Source of the DNA: Cyanophora paradoxa CCMP329
Lineage: Eukaryota > Plantae > Glaucophyta
NCBI GenBank assembly: GCA_004431415.1
Contig: QPMI01000637.1
Coordinates: 1-64,000, forward strand
DNA: 64,000 nucleotides
Direction: 5' to 3'
The stretch's first letter is position 1; the number at the start of each line of letters is the position of its first letter. Under the pieces are notes generated by a model. The model saw only the letters and a program-made list of their open reading frames with translations, did no database searches and was not told where the DNA came from. Positions 37,353 through 51,000 of this stretch are shown one piece after another. The position numbers and the translations under genes were made by a program.

Positions 37353-37550
37353 CCCTGCCGCTGGCGCTCCCTGTATGCGAGCTCAGTTCAGTCAACTTCA
37401 GCGCTTCAGCCGGGTACGTCGTTCGGGACCGGACCAGCCGCCAGGTTCGTCGTCCACGTAGCTAGTGCTGGTGTCGCAGCTCTGTGCTGACACGAAGGCT
37501 TTCACTAATCGCAGCTATCTCCTCGGCGTGCCAGCGGCGCCGTCGGAAAG
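37353..37550. promoter_or_regulatory. Probable bidirectional promoter region between the IQ gene and the ferlin gene
   Basis: The inferred divergent ATGs (37352 on - and 37551 on +) are only ~200 bp apart. Confidence 0.45.
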
Positions 37551-40500
37551 ATGGCCGGTGCAAAAGTGAAAGATTTCCAGGTCTGCCCGCGTATCGGTCG
37601 CTTGTAGTCGAGACTTAGTCTGCCGACCGAATTCCCCTCGGCAAACCGGCTCAGTTAGCTCGCTCCTAGCTCAAACTGCCTTCGACCCCTGCAAAGCCTC
37701 CCTGCTGATTTCTGCCCGCCGCAGGTTCGGGTGCACGTCATAGGTACGCATCGTCAGCGCCCCAGCCCGTCCGGCCGGGGCTTTTCCGGCCGCCGTTGGC
37801 GCTCCCGCCGGCTCTCCGCCTCTGAAAGGGGCGACGGGCCGGCGACCACGTCCTCCGCTAGCTCCGACGTGTCTGGTGTCGCGTGCGCCATGCCTAACCG
37901 GCGCCTGCAGAATGCCGCATCACACCGACGCAAGCTGTTACGACGGCCTTTGCGCCTGTGTGCTTTGTCAAGGCGCTCGGCAAGTCTCAGAACACGAAGA
38001 TCGTCAACAACACGATGACAGCCATGTGCGTCCACGCCCGCTCGCCGCTCGCCGGTCTGCACCACCAGCATTACGCCCCAGCGCTCACTCCGTCCCCGCA
38101 GATACGACCAGGTGCCCAGCGCTAACGCCGACCCCGCATTCCGGTTCTTTTACGCCCGAGCGCTCACTTCGGTCCCCCTCGCGCAACCAGCTGATGATCT
38201 TCGAGGTGCAGCGGCACTGCTCCCCGCTGCGTCCGCCTCTCCTCCATCTCACCGCGGCCGCGCTGCTGCAGGGCAAGGTCTCCGACGCCGACTTCATCAA
38301 CGAGCAGGTCTCCATTGAGCTGCGCAACGGCAACGCTGGCTTCCGCCGATTCGCCGCCGTCGGTGCGCCACGCGCGCGCCGCCGTCCCCGTCTCCAACAG
38401 CGGCGAAACGCGGGCGCGTGCGTAGGGACGAGCACGTTCCCGCTGAAGGACGTGTACGTCCAGCCGGGGCACGAGTTCTTCCGCAAGTGGGTGGGGATCA
38501 TCGACGGGCAGGGAAACGTCCAGGGCTACCTCAGGGTCACCATCCAGGTCCGCCCCTCCCTTTTCTCCCCTCTTCCCTCCTTTCTGCGGCTCACGGCGGG
38601 GCGGCCGGCAGGTGCTGGGCCCCGGCGACGAGCCGGTCACGCACTCAGGCGACGCCGACGAGGGCGAGGCCAGCGCCGACGGCAAGTCCCTCTCGGTCCG
38701 CCCTCCCTGCTCGCCCCGCCCCGCCCCGCCCCGCCCCTTTCTCTGAGCGTGGCCAACGCCTGCCCCGCCGGCGCAGGTGCTGCTGCCGCCGGACATCAAG
38801 ACGGAACACTGACCAGCCGAGCTTCAACACGGAGCTCGCCCTCCCCGTGACCCTCCCCTCCCTCTCGGACCTGATCCGCGTGGAGGTCTGGGACTACAAC
38901 ACGTGCGCCCCCCGCCCCGCCCCCGCCCCGCCCCGCCCCGCCCCGTCTCCTGCCCCGCCTGACCGAGCGGCAGCGGCGGCAACGACGAGCTCATCGGGCT
39001 CCAGGAGTTCAAGCTGAGCGAGATCCGCACTCGCAAGTTCGGGCCGCAGTGGGTGAACCTGTACGCGGCGACGGCCAAGGGCGGGCAGCCGTCGGTCTAC
39101 CGCGGGCGCGTCCTCATGGAGATCCTGGTGGAGAAGCTGCAGGGCCCCGGCAAGCCGGAGACGCGGAACATCTCGCCGCTGGCGGAGCCGCCGCTCAACA
39201 GGTACTTCCTCCGCATGGACCTCATGGAGGCGGCGGAGTTCCCGCAGACGGCCCTCACCGACCTCGTCGTCGAGGTCTCCTGCGGGCACGAGAAGGCGCC
39301 CGCCCCCGCCCGCCCGCCCCCGCCCGCCCCTGGGAGGGGCCGGCGCTGACGGGGCCGGGGGCCGGCTCGCAGCGCTCCTCGGCGAGCGCGAGCCTGAAGA
39401 ACGGCGTCGCAACGTTCTTCGAGTCCCTCCAGGACCTCTCGGTGCGCCCCGGCCGCCCGCCCGCGAGCGCCCTGCGTGCTCGAGGGGATGAGCGCTGAAG
39501 CGGCCGGGCCCCGCCGCAGATGATGCTGCCGGTCGACATCCGCGCCGTCCCCGACGTCATCATCTCCGTCTACGCCAAGCAGGCGCGCCCGCCCCCCTCC
39601 CCCTCCCCTCCCCTTTCCTTTCCCTTCCTTTCTGAGCGGACGGGGCGCAGGCGATCGCCTTCAAGAACCGGCTGGGGTACATCCGGATCCCGGCGGACAA
39701 GCTGGTGGGGAAGAAGGAGCCGCCGGCGTGGCGGATCATGACGACGGACACGCTGGGGAGCGTGGAGACCTTCCCGGGCTTCCTCTTCTTCCAGTGCCAG
39801 CTGAACACGGCGGAGCGCATGGACCTCGCCCGCTCCATCCTCCCCAAGCCCAAGTACCGCCCCTACGAGATCCGGTGCCCCCGCCCCGCCCCGCTCCCCG
39901 ACGCCCGCACCGCCCTTCCTGACGCGCGCCGGCGGGCAGGGCGCACATCTTCCAGGGGCGGCAGCTGCCGGCGGCGGACGACAACGGCGCGTCGGACCCC
40001 TACTGCGTCGTCCGCATCAACGGCAAGGAGGGCCGCACCAAGCGCAAGGACGTCACCACGGACCCCAACTGGCGCGGCCCCCTCGCGGCCCCCTCGCGCC
40101 CCCCCTCGCGGGCGCTGACGGGGCGGGGCGGGGGCAGGTACGAGACGGTCATTCTCAAGGACGTGCTCCTGCCGGAGGATCTCCGCTTCGCCCAGGAGAT
40201 CCAGTGCCTGGTACGCGCGGGCCCCCGATTGCCCCTCCGCCACCGCCTCCGACGCCGCCGGCCGGCAGGTGTACGACTTTGACCGGCTGGGCTCGGACGA
40301 GTACCTGGGGCGGGCGACCTTCCCCGTGGCGCCCCTGCAGGCGACGCTCCAAAAGCCCTCCTGGTCCGCCCCCGCCGCGTCCCGCCCCGGGGGCACCGGG
40401 CGGGGCCGAGGCTCGTGGGCGCAGGGCGCCGATCTACTTCGACGACCCGGCGGTGAAGGAGGGCCGCATCCTCGTCTCCTTCCAGCTCATTCCCGCCTCC

Positions 40501-43238
40501 CAGGCCAGCATGATACCCCTGCAGGTCCGCCCCCGCCCCGCCCCGCGCACCCCCCGCCGGCGCACAAGCCGACGCCGGCGCGGCAGTCGATCGTGCCGCC
40601 GTCGTCTCCGATGGTCTGCGAGATCCTCGCCCTCGGCTGCCGCAGCCTCCAGACCTCCTCCCTCCTCCCGCCCCAGGCCCGCCCCCGCTGCGCCCCGCTT
40701 CGCCTCGCGCGCTGCGCGCCGCCGCCGACGGGGCGGGGCGCAGGAGCCGTACATCGAGTTCGACGCGGGGGAGCGGGACCGGGCGACGGAGAAGGTCAAG
40801 CAGACGCGGCCCTCGAACCTGCCCACCGCCAAGAGCCCCAACTACCTCGAGGCCCGCTCCCCGCCCCGGGCCGGGCCGCCCCGAGCCGAGCCGCCGTGCA
40901 GGTCATCCGGGTGCCGGTGGACGTGCCGCAGGACCCAATCTTCGCCCCCTCGATCTCCTTCCGCGTGTACGACCGGCAGCTGGCCGGCATCTCGACGCCG
41001 CTCATCGGAGTGGGGAGCGTGGACCTCGAGAAGATCATCAACCCGCCGGTGGCGGCCAAGCTGACGGCGCTGGTGGCGCGGTCGGCCCAGGTCGCCTCCA
41101 ACTTCGGCGCCTCCGTCAGCAGCTTCATGTCCGGCCTCGGCTTCGGGGGGCAGGGCGCCCCGGACGCCCCCATCGCCGTCGGCATGCGGGCCTCGCTGCT
41201 CGAGGGCGCCCGCTCCGACGACCCGTCGCACGCGGCGGCCTCGGGCCGGCCCTCGCTCGCGGGGCTGCTCCCCGGCGGGGCCGGCGTGCAGGCCTTCGGG
41301 ACCGGCATGGGCGCCGGCGAGACGATGTTCAGCCGCCCGACCCTCGACGGCGAGCTGGAGGAGATTATGGAGGGGGCGAAGCCCTTCGAGTCGTACCCCC
41401 TCACCACGGGCAACATGCGCAAGATGCGGCTGGAGGGCAAGACCATCACCAAGGCGAGTCGCCACCGCGCTCGCCGCCGCCCTGCCCCCCGCCTGCTGAG
41501 AGCGAGTCGTACCCCCTCACAGGACGACATGGTCGTCGGCTACTTCAAGGCGAGGCGTACCCCCCCCCCCCTTCGCGCCTCTGTCCCCCCTCTAGCCGGG
41601 GCGCCGGTGACGATAACTATCTGATGCGGTTGTCTTACCGTCCTCGAGACGCGTGGTGATACCCTATTGTCCATTACCGAGGCCCCCGATCATTCCTTCT
41701 CCACCTCCCTTCCTCCTCCCGCCGCCGCGCAGTTTCCTGAGGCGCCGCGTCGCGCCGCGCAGGGCCGCATCAAGGTGGTGCACTTCCAGGACGCCGCGGC
41801 GATGCTCCGCGCCGAGAACGATAAGAACAAGCTCTTCACGGTTCGCGCCCCCCTCGGGACCTCCCCCGCCCGCCCCTGGCCCGCCGCCGCCTGACGCGGG
41901 GGGCGGGCAGCCGCAGGAGGTGGTGGTGCGCGTGTACGTGCTGCGCGGCCTCGACCTGACGCCCAAGGACGACCTGAACAACCTGAGCGACCCGTACCTC
42001 ATCCTCGAGCTCGGCAAGCACAAGGTCGACGAGAAGGCGAAGCACATCCCCGAGACGCTCCAGCCCGACTTCTACCGCTACTTCGAGTTCCAGACGACGC
42101 TGCCGGGCGCCGGCGACCTCAAGATCAGCGTCATGGACTACGACCGCCTCAAGAGCGACGACCTCATCGGCGAGACGACCATCGACCTCGAGAACCGGTG
42201 CGCCCCGCCGCGCCCCGCCCCGCCCCGCCCTGGGCTGAGGGGCGGGGCGGCGCGGCGCAGGTGGTACAGCGAGGAGTGGAAGCAGATGCCGGCGAAGCCG
42301 CTGGAGGTGCGGTCGCTGTGGAGCCCGTCATCGGCGACGGCGCAGGGCAAGCTGGAGTGCTGGGTGGACATCATGACCCCCGAGGTCGCCAAGCGCACCC
42401 CCCCGGTCAAGATCGAGAAGCCGCCGCCGGCGCGCTTCGAGCTGCGCGTCGCGGTCTGGGAGGTCACCGACGTGCCCGTGCGGGACGACCTCAACGGCGC
42501 CAACATCTCCATCGCCGCCGAGCTCCCCGGCGCCGAGGGCGCCGCCGGCCAGCCGCAGAAAACCGACGTGCACCACCGCTGCTTCGACGGGCGCGCCTCG
42601 TTTAACTACCGCCTCAAGTGGACCGTCGAGCTGCCGTACAAGGGCCAGCCGCGGCTCGCCTTCCGCCTGCGGGACCAGCCGGTGTCGGAGAAGCAGCCGC
42701 AGACGCTTCAGCCGCCGCAGACGCTGGGCGAGGCGGTCCTCTCCCTGCGCAACCTCTTCCAGCAGGCGCAGAAGGACCCTAACGGGGCGACGCTGGAGAA
42801 GCAGACGATCCCGCTGACGATCTACAACTCGAACGGGCGCTCGCAGGCGAAGCTCGTCGTCTCCCTCTCCGTCCTCTCCGAGATGGAGGCCGGCCTCCGC
42901 CGCGCCGGCTTCGGCCAGGAGGAGCCCAACAACGTCCGCCCCGCCCCGCCCCGCGCCCCCTCCGCGTTTCTCGCACTGACCCGCCCGCCCTCGCCCCGGC
43001 AGCACCCGTTCCTTCCCCCTCCGAACCGCGAGGCGCCGGCGCTGACGCGCATGCTGGGCCCCGCCGCGACCAAGTTCACGAAGGACAACCGCACGCAGGC
43101 GCGCCAGCCGCGCACCCGCCCCGGCCCCGCCCGCCGGCCCCTCACCGGGGCGCGCGCGCGCAGATCATCGTCCTGGTCGCCATCTTCGTGCTGGCGCTCA
43201 TCCTCTTCGCCGTCCTCGCGGCCGTCATCAAGCTGTAG
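37551..43238 (+). CDS. Ferlin: multi-C2-domain, tail-anchored membrane-fusion protein (type II/otoferlin-like, no DysF seen)
   Basis: DFQVRVHVI, IRVEVWDYN..FGPQWVNLY, YRGRVLMEI, VPDVIISVY, AHIFQGRQLPAADDNGASDPY, VRVYVLRGLDLTPKDD..SDPY, VMDYDRLKSDDLIGETTIDLENRW and QGKLECWVDIM. C-terminal TM IIVLVAIFVLALILFAVLAAVIKL-TAG. Confidence 0.92.
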
Positions 43239-43623
43239 TCGCCTCCGCGCGTGCACCCGCGTAGTATCGTAGGCAGTGTGTACCCCGATATCGATATGAT
43301 TCTTTTTCGTTGTGTACCAAACCAGACCTAGTGACAGGGCGGTGCGAAATGCTCGGCCTGCAGCTGGGCGGGCGGTGCGGATTCACGCGTGCGGATGTTG
43401 ACCTCATAAACATGTAATGAAATGCTAGCACACTTTAATTGTACATCACACGGGAGAGGGCTCGTCCTAAGCCCGAGGTGGGGCGGGAAGGGGCGAGGGG
43501 GTCTGCGGGCGGAGAGGCAAGAAACAAAAGAGAGGGCCCATGTGCGCTTTCGGAGGGAGCGGCGGCGGGTGCGGGCGCGGAGGGAAGGAAGGGGGAGGGG
43601 GGAGAACGAGGAGGAGGGGTACG

Positions 43624-45205
43624 CTAGAATTCGGCAAAGTAGTCGACGCCGGGCGGCATCGAGAAGGGCTTCGCGGGCTCCTCGACCTCGTCGTACTCGT
43701 CGAAGTTGCTCGTGTCCACCTGCGGGGAGCGGGTCCAGCCCGGTCGCCCCCGGGGCGCGGCGCCGCGAATCGGACGGGTCGAGCCGAGCGCGCACCTCTG
43801 ACCGCACTTCGATGCGAAGGGGCGCGGGCAAGCGGCGCTGGATCATGAGGTCCCAGTCGAAGCCCTGCGCAGAAGGGCCGGTTGCCAATCGGCTCGGCCA
43901 GTGTAGTTGGGGGGGGTGGGGGAGGGACGCGTTGTACGGAACGAACCCGGAACCACTTGTGCTTCTTTATGTCCGCGGCACCCGACTTGAAGCAGCCGAG
44001 CCGCTTGTGCTTGTCGGGCTCCAGCAAGTGCTGAATCAAATCGATGGCATGCCTGCGCGCGGCCGCGTCGGGCCGTGCAGGGAGCAGGGTCGCGAAAGGG
44101 CTGTCACGCACTTGTCGAAATGCCTCGGCCAGTCGATCTTGCCTCGCAGGATCTTCTGATAAATGCCGAACGGGTTTTCGTCGTAGAACGGCGGGAAGCC
44201 TTCAAGAGGGGTAGGCGTCAGCACAGAAAGGAAGGAAAGAGAGCGATGATGCGCACCGGCGAGCATCTCGAAGATCAGGATGCCCAGGGCCCACCAGTCG
44301 ACGCCATGATTGTGGCCCTTGGACTGGATAATCTCCGGGGCGAGGTACTCAGGCGTCCCGCACAGCGTCCACGTACGATCGTCGACTACTTTCGCAAAAC
44401 CGAAGTCAGCGATCTTCAGGTACCTGTGTGACGCACAGGCGCGGTTAGCACGGTTGGGTCCACCGCGGTGGCTGTGCAGCGCGGCGAGGGCCCTAGCGGA
44501 GGGAGGTGCGGCGTATGTTTGTGGCGCAGCTAGACGAACCCATCGCGATCCAGAAGAAGGTTCTCTGGCTTCAGGTCCCTGTACGCGATATGCATGCCGT
44601 GGAGGTATTCGAAAGCAAGCACGATAGACGCCGCAAAGAACTTTGCGGCGTCATTGCTGAACCGGCCCGCCTTTCGTAAGTGCGAGAAGAGCTCGCCGCC
44701 TGCAGGGAAGGCAGACTTCGTCAGGGGTGTGCTGCCGGAGGATGATGAACACTGGCCCGCAAGGAGGCAGGCGCACCCTGCACGAACTCGAACGCCATAT
44801 ACAAGTACCGCTCATCCTGAGACGTCGCGAAGAGGTTGACTGGCACGGGCGAGGAGGGAGGTGAGTTCAATGCCCTTAGCCGAAGCATCGAGGACGGCGA
44901 ACCTATAAACGGGTGCTCTATCCTGGCTAAGATGCCTCGTTCAGACTTGATGTGTTCTACTTGCTTGAGACGAATGATCTCGCTCTTCTCCAGGATCTTG
45001 AGAGCGTAGACCTGCCCCGTCGCAATGAACCTACAGACGCGCACTCTCCCAAACGTCCCCGTGCCAATCTGACGCCACGGATTCGTCAAGAAGATCGGAG
45101 GACGCGACGAGTCTCTCGGCGAACCGTGGCTCCTATCTGGAAGTCCTCGAAACGGAAGGCGCGTTTCCTTGGCACCGCGGCAGCGTTGCGCTCCGCGTCG
45201 CCCAT
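43624..45205 (-). CDS. pkaC: cAMP-dependent protein kinase catalytic subunit (PKA-C/PRKX-like)
   Basis: [93 protein letters not shown] and a C-terminal FAEF (FxxF) before the stop. Confidence 0.95.
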
Positions 45206-46082
45206 GGTGCCGCGCCGCCCGCCTGCTCCTGCTCCCTGGCCCGGGTCCTGCTTTCCAGAGCTCTCTTCGATGTGTACCCAGGCTCCACTCCATCCCCCCC
45301 TAAGAATTTGATCGAAGCAATTAGAGCTCGTGGCGCTAGCTAGGCGCCGCTAGCTAGCGTCTGCAGTTCGAGCTTCGCATGAGTGCGGCTCTGCATGCTA
45401 CTCACCGCGCAAACTTCTTGCCGAACTTACCCATCGCGCCATTCCGGCCGGTCGTGATGGGTACAATGACACAGGTCAAGTCGACCAGCTTCGATTTCGC
45501 GGTCGCCGGAGAGTCGCATCTCTAGTAATTTGTTCCGGCTCGGCTCTCCGGGCTCGGATCGAGCGCACAGGTTTAAGCGGCTACAAGTTTAAGCGGCCGT
45601 CACGCACGCAGCAGCCGGCCAGCAGCAGCTGCAGGGCACCGACCACGTTCGAGCAGCGGAGCGCCGGCCCAATTTCGACGGAAGCGCTAGCATCCGCGTC
45701 TGGAGCCAGAGTCGCGCGGAGATTCAACATTCGCAGTTGCCGGTGCGCGTGCGCAGCGCCGGGCCCGCCTTCCAGGGATCTGGGCGCGTCGCATCTGCGT
45801 CGCATCTGCGTCGGGCTTCGCGGCGGGGGCGTCCGCGGTTGCCGCTAGGTGGCGGAAGCACACTGCGCATGCGGGACGCTTAGATTCCTATATTCGCTTT
45901 CCCTGGCCCGGCTTCTGGACGCGCACGTCCGCCCCGTTGGGGTTGGGCCATGCTCAATCGCGTGGGCTTGTGCTGATCGGAATGCATGCGCAGATCGATC
46001 GTGTCCTCTGCTTCCTTTCGTCGACGTTTTCCAGCCTGACAACGAGGATCTCCCCTCGGCGCTCAATTTGATCGGCATCGCC

Positions 46083-47545
46083 ATGGGCGCCGGATCCAGC
46101 TCTTCCAGCCCGAGAGAGTCGCGGCGGGACCCTGGTGAGCTCCCCCGCAATTTTATCAATTCCATAAAGCTACCGCGATGGGCCCCTGGCGTCTTCCGCG
46201 CGGCTGACCCCTTATCCTTTTACCCTCTCAGCGGCGCTCGTCTTCGATCACGACGGCGTGCTCAACCTGAGCGTGACAAAGACGCGTGGGGGCGGTCCCC
46301 AGACGTTCCGCACGATCGAGGCGGCGTGGGCGGCCTCGGTCGCGGCCGGGGCGAAGCGGACGCGGATCACAGTGAAGGAGGGCGAGTGGCTCATCAAGAA
46401 GTGGATCGACATCGATGCCGAGGACAAGGAGCTCGCGATCTGCGGCGAGGGCCGCGCCGTGCTCCGCTCCGCGAAGCCCCTCAGTACGGAATGCATCGTC
46501 TTCACCGGCGATCGCGCCCGCGTCGCGCTGCGGAATCTCCACGTCGAGGGCAACATTAGGTGCGCCCCCTTCGGAAACCGTCTCGAGCCTCCTAGATTCC
46601 CCGTCCGAATCTTTCCGCGCCTGCAGTTTCCAGGGCAAGGAGAGCAGCTGGTGTGTGCGGGACTGCGACCTGGACGGCCGGGGGCACTGGTGCCTCCTTG
46701 CCTTCTCCAACTGCGACCGCTCGCGCCTTTCCGTGTCCAACTCCTACCTCCACCACTCCGGTTCGCGTGACTGCGCGCTCGCACCCCCCGAAGAGACCCT
46801 GACTATCCACGTTCGGCGAGCAGAGAAGAGGGACGCGATCATCTTCCGGGGCCAGGCGACGTCGCTGCGGGTTGTCGGCTGTGAGATCGAGCGCTGCCGC
46901 TCGGGCGTGCGGTGCGGGGACGCCGAGGACTCCCGCGTCGACGTGCGTGCGACCCGGGACCCCAGATCGATATCGACGGCCCCGCTGACCGGCCCCGGCC
47001 GCGAGCAGATCCGGGGGAACCAGGTGCACGACTCGGAGCGGGGCCTGCTGATCTTCAAGCCGGCGCGGGGCGTGGTGGCGGAGAACGCGCTCTGGTCGTG
47101 CCGCTGGAACGTGCTGCAGTGCGCGCGCAACGGCAAGGAGGTGGAGTCCCTCCCGGGGCTCCTCCTCCGCGCCAACGACGTCCACCCCGCCGCCCCGCGC
47201 GGCGTCGCCCCCCTCCGCACGGGGCCCCTCGCCGCCCCGCCCCCCGCCGACGACTTCGAGTGGGAGGAGGAGGACGGGAGCGAGTCGTGCGACTCGCCGC
47301 GGGCCGAAGGCGAGGCGGCCGGCGCGACCGGCGGCTCGGGCATGGTGCGGGTGGAGTCCTCCGACTCGGCGTCGGACATGGATTCCCTCTGCCCGGCCTC
47401 CTCCGCCTCCTCTGCCCTCCCCTCCCCCGCCAGCGACGCCGGCGCGACGCCCAAAGCCTCCGCCGCCTCGCCGCCGGCGGCCCGCAAGCTCGCCGCCGTC
47501 GACCTGAGCGACATCAAGCCTGCGCCCCTCGTCGTCTGCTCGTGA
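46083..47545 (+). CDS. Right-handed beta-helix (pectin-lyase-like fold) protein with a predicted N-myristoylation site and a low-complexity C-terminus
   Basis: N-terminus MGAGSSSS. FRTIEAAW..RITVKEGEW cap motif, then beta-helix-like strands LRNLHVEG, VRDCDL, VSNSYLHH, VVGCEIERC, IRGNQVHD and VAENALW. Confidence 0.7.
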
Positions 47546-48086
47546 CCGCGCGCCATCCGGCCCGTCCGCGGGGCCCACCGCGCCGTCCGCGTCGGCCCCG
47601 CTTTTCTACTCGTCAGTGTATTATTTGAATTCTTGTGCTTCCACTTGCAGAGAGCCGAAGAAGCTGACTTGATTCAACGTCGCGGCGTATTTTTCTTTCG
47701 AAGGCTGGTATATGCAGCTAGCGTTAGGAGCAGCTGTTTCATATGCGTAGTTTTAAATGTAGATCCTGCCGAGCCTTTTCTATTGAGATGAAACATTAAG
47801 TGTCCCCCAGCATCGGACGAATCCAGAGATTTTCTCCAGGAACATACGATAACGCAGCGCTGCAGCTGAGATGTCTATTTTACTCTAGCCTAGATGTCAA
47901 TTACTTTTTCATAGAAGCCCCCTGACTCTTATCAGAGATTCAAGCAAATGTATAGCCCAACCCATTTTGACCGCTTGACGGCCCCCGGCCCCCCGGCCCC
48001 CCTCATGATCGATGTGAGCCTGATGATGTTTGTGTCAGCCAGGATGTGATTTCGAAATGCTGAAACGTAAACATGGATAAGCAAAA

Positions 48087-51000
48087 TCAGACGTCGTGAG
48101 ACGGCCAAGTGGGGCGAGAGCTCGAACTAGGCGGGGCCGGGGCGGCCGGTGAAGGGGTTCGCGCCCTCGCCCACCAGCTTCGGTGGCGACGCCAGGTCCC
48201 GGTCCCCGCCGCCGGCGCTCTCGGGCCGGAGCGGCGAGTTGCCGCTGCATCCCGGTTAACAACGCTTGTCAGCAAGCGGAGGGGCCGAGAGGGAGGGAAG
48301 GGGGCGGACCAGGAGAGGCGACGGGGGGTGCCGGAGACACTGTTCGAGGCCGAGGGCGACGCGGAGGGGGAGGCCTTCACCTGGGGAACGAGTTTCGGGC
48401 GGCGTGCGGGGTACAAGAAGCGGGGGTGGCGGAGGGTACCGCGCGCTCCATGATGCCGCCGAAGGGGGAGAGGGACCGAGTCACGACCGTGACGGAGTAC
48501 CGCCTTTCGGGGATCGAATTCGCGGCGGGGCCCGGGTTGGGAGACGCCGAGCGGGGTACCGGAGAGGCGCCTGATTGGGGGGTGCGGGCCTCGGAAGGGG
48601 GCGTCGGGGAGGGCCCGGGCCGGGCCCGGGGGGAGGCGGAGGGGCCGGAGCGGGGCGTGCCGCGCGCCCCCTCGAGGTTGGGGGGGGGGGCGAGGCTCCG
48701 GAGCGGGGGGTACGGGCGCGCTCAAGCTCCGCGAGCATCCTCTCGAGATCGGCGAGGGGAAGCGAGCGCAGCTCAAGCTCCGAGAGCTCCTCGGAGGTCG
48801 CGGGGGGTACGCCACGCAAGCGAGCCGGCTCCGCGGGGCAGGGGCGGGCTGCCGGGGCGCGGGGCTCGGGCGGCGACGGCGGAGAGGGCTTCTGGGACGG
48901 GGGCGGCGGGGCCGCGCGGCGCGGGCGGGGCGGGGAGGGCGGGGCGGAGGCGGGGGGTGGACTCCCCGCCGGGGTAGGAGAGGGGCAGGGGGCGGGGGCC
49001 GGGCTGAAGGGAAGCGCGGCGGGCTGGCCGACGCGGCCGGGCGCCCTCGGCGCGCCCTGCGCCGAGAGAACGCGCAGCGAGGGGCGGGGCGGGGACGGCG
49101 GGACGGAGGGCGCATCCGGCGCGCGGGGGTACGCGCTCCGGGGAGGGCCGCCCGGGGCTCGAAAAGAGCGCGTCGGGAGAGCGGCGGGCCGGGGTACGGC
49201 CGCCGGAGCGCCTCCGCCGCGGTCGCCGCCGCCGCCGCAGGAGGCGCAGCGGCGGGCGAAGCGCTCGGTGCGGGGGTACAGGGGGTGGAGGCGGCGGGGG
49301 TCGGTGTGCCGGCGAAGAGGGCGCGGCGGGGGGCGGGCGGCGGGGCGGGAGGGAGCGCTGCGAGCTGGCGCGGGAGAGGGGCGGCGCGGCCGAGGACGAG
49401 GGGGGCCCGAGGAGGCCGGCGGCGCCGAGGCCGGCCGCGCCCCCGTGCTCGCCTCGGCGGGGGCGCGGGCGGAGGCGGAGGCGGGGGCGCGGGCCGGCGC
49501 CGGCGATGTGGCCCGTCGCACCGCGTCGGCGGAGAGGAGGAGGGGCGGAGGGGTGGCTGGCGCGCCGCCCCGGCGCCGGCGCGGGCCGAGGAGGCGGGTG
49601 GGCAGGCTCCTCGGGCCGCGCCGAGCGCCCCGGCGTGCCGAAGAGCCGTACCCCGGCCTCGGCGAGCAGCGGCGCCGCCAGTACCCGGGGGGATCGCGAT
49701 CGGGCGCGCGGGGGTACTGGCGCTGGCGGCGCGGGCGCGGCGGCGGGAGGAGGGGTCGGGGGCACGGGCCGCTCGCCGAGGGCCGCCCGCGCGGCCGCCA
49801 CAAAGGCGTCCCCGGCAGCCATCGCGCGGCCCGCCGGGTCCAGCGGCGCCGGCGCTCCCCGGCCCCGCTCGTCGCCGGGGCAGCCGCCCTCGTGCCCGCC
49901 CCCGTCCTCGTCCTCTTCGGCGTGCGCGCCGCCGGCGACGAGGAGCGACTTGACTGCGGCGGCGGTCTGGCGCCGGGCGGCGGCCATGAGCCGCCCCACG
50001 CGCTCGCCGTAGGCCCCGTCGCGCGCCGCCCGCACGCGCTCCAGCAGCTCCGGCGGCATCGGCGCCAGCGGCCCCGTCGCCCCCAGCACCTCCCGCATCC
50101 GCGGCGCCGCCCGCCCCCGCCGCCGCGGCGTCGCCACCGCGCTCGCCGCCGCCCTGCGCCGCGCCGGCCGTGAGCGCCGGGCGAACCAGGCGCTCCGGGA
50201 GCACGCGGCGCGCGGACCAGGCGTCGGCCTGCATGCGCTCCCGCCGGTCCGAGCGGCTCCGGTCGCAGCTGCGCGGGAGGCGCTCGCGGGCGGGACGGGA
50301 AAGGGGACGCGGCGGGGCCCGAACCGGAGCTCGATGGCCTCGAGGGCGGCGGGGCTGCAGGCCGGCGAGTTGCCCTCCAGCGCCAGCCGCTCCAGCGTCC
50401 CGTTGCTCCCCACCAGCGCCTCTGCCGCGCGGGCGCATCGCGCCCCGTCAGGCGGCTTGGCGTTGGGGGGCGGGAGGGGCTGGGCGGCACCGGCGAGGGC
50501 GAGTACTCCCCTGGGACCGATGTTGTTGTCCGAGAGGTCGAGGTCCCGGAGGGCTGCGGGGTACGGCCTCGAACGGGGGGGGTACAGGGCCGCGCGGGGC
50601 GGGGCGCACTGGTGTTGCGGGAGAGCGCCTCGGAGAGCTGCCAGGCGCCGGCGTCGTCGCAGCGGTTGCCTGCGGGGGCGCCGCCTGAGCGCGGGTGGAG
50701 AGGGGGCGCGGGCGGGGCGCACCGGCGAGGAGGAGGCGGACGAGGGAGCGGTTGGATGCGAGGGCGACGCCGGCGGCTAGAAATCCCTGCGGTCCAATCC
50801 CGTTGCTGTCCATCGCCAGCACCTCGAGGCGGATGGTCGTGCGGGCCAGGGCTATCGCGTTGAAGAGCGCGACCGCGCCCGCGTCGCCGAGGCCACAGCT
50901 GCCGACGTCCAGCTGCCGGCGGCGCCGCTCGACATAGGACGCGGAGAGGGAAGCGCGGCGCACGGCGCCGGCACCTGCCGGATGGAGGTGTTCCCCGGCC

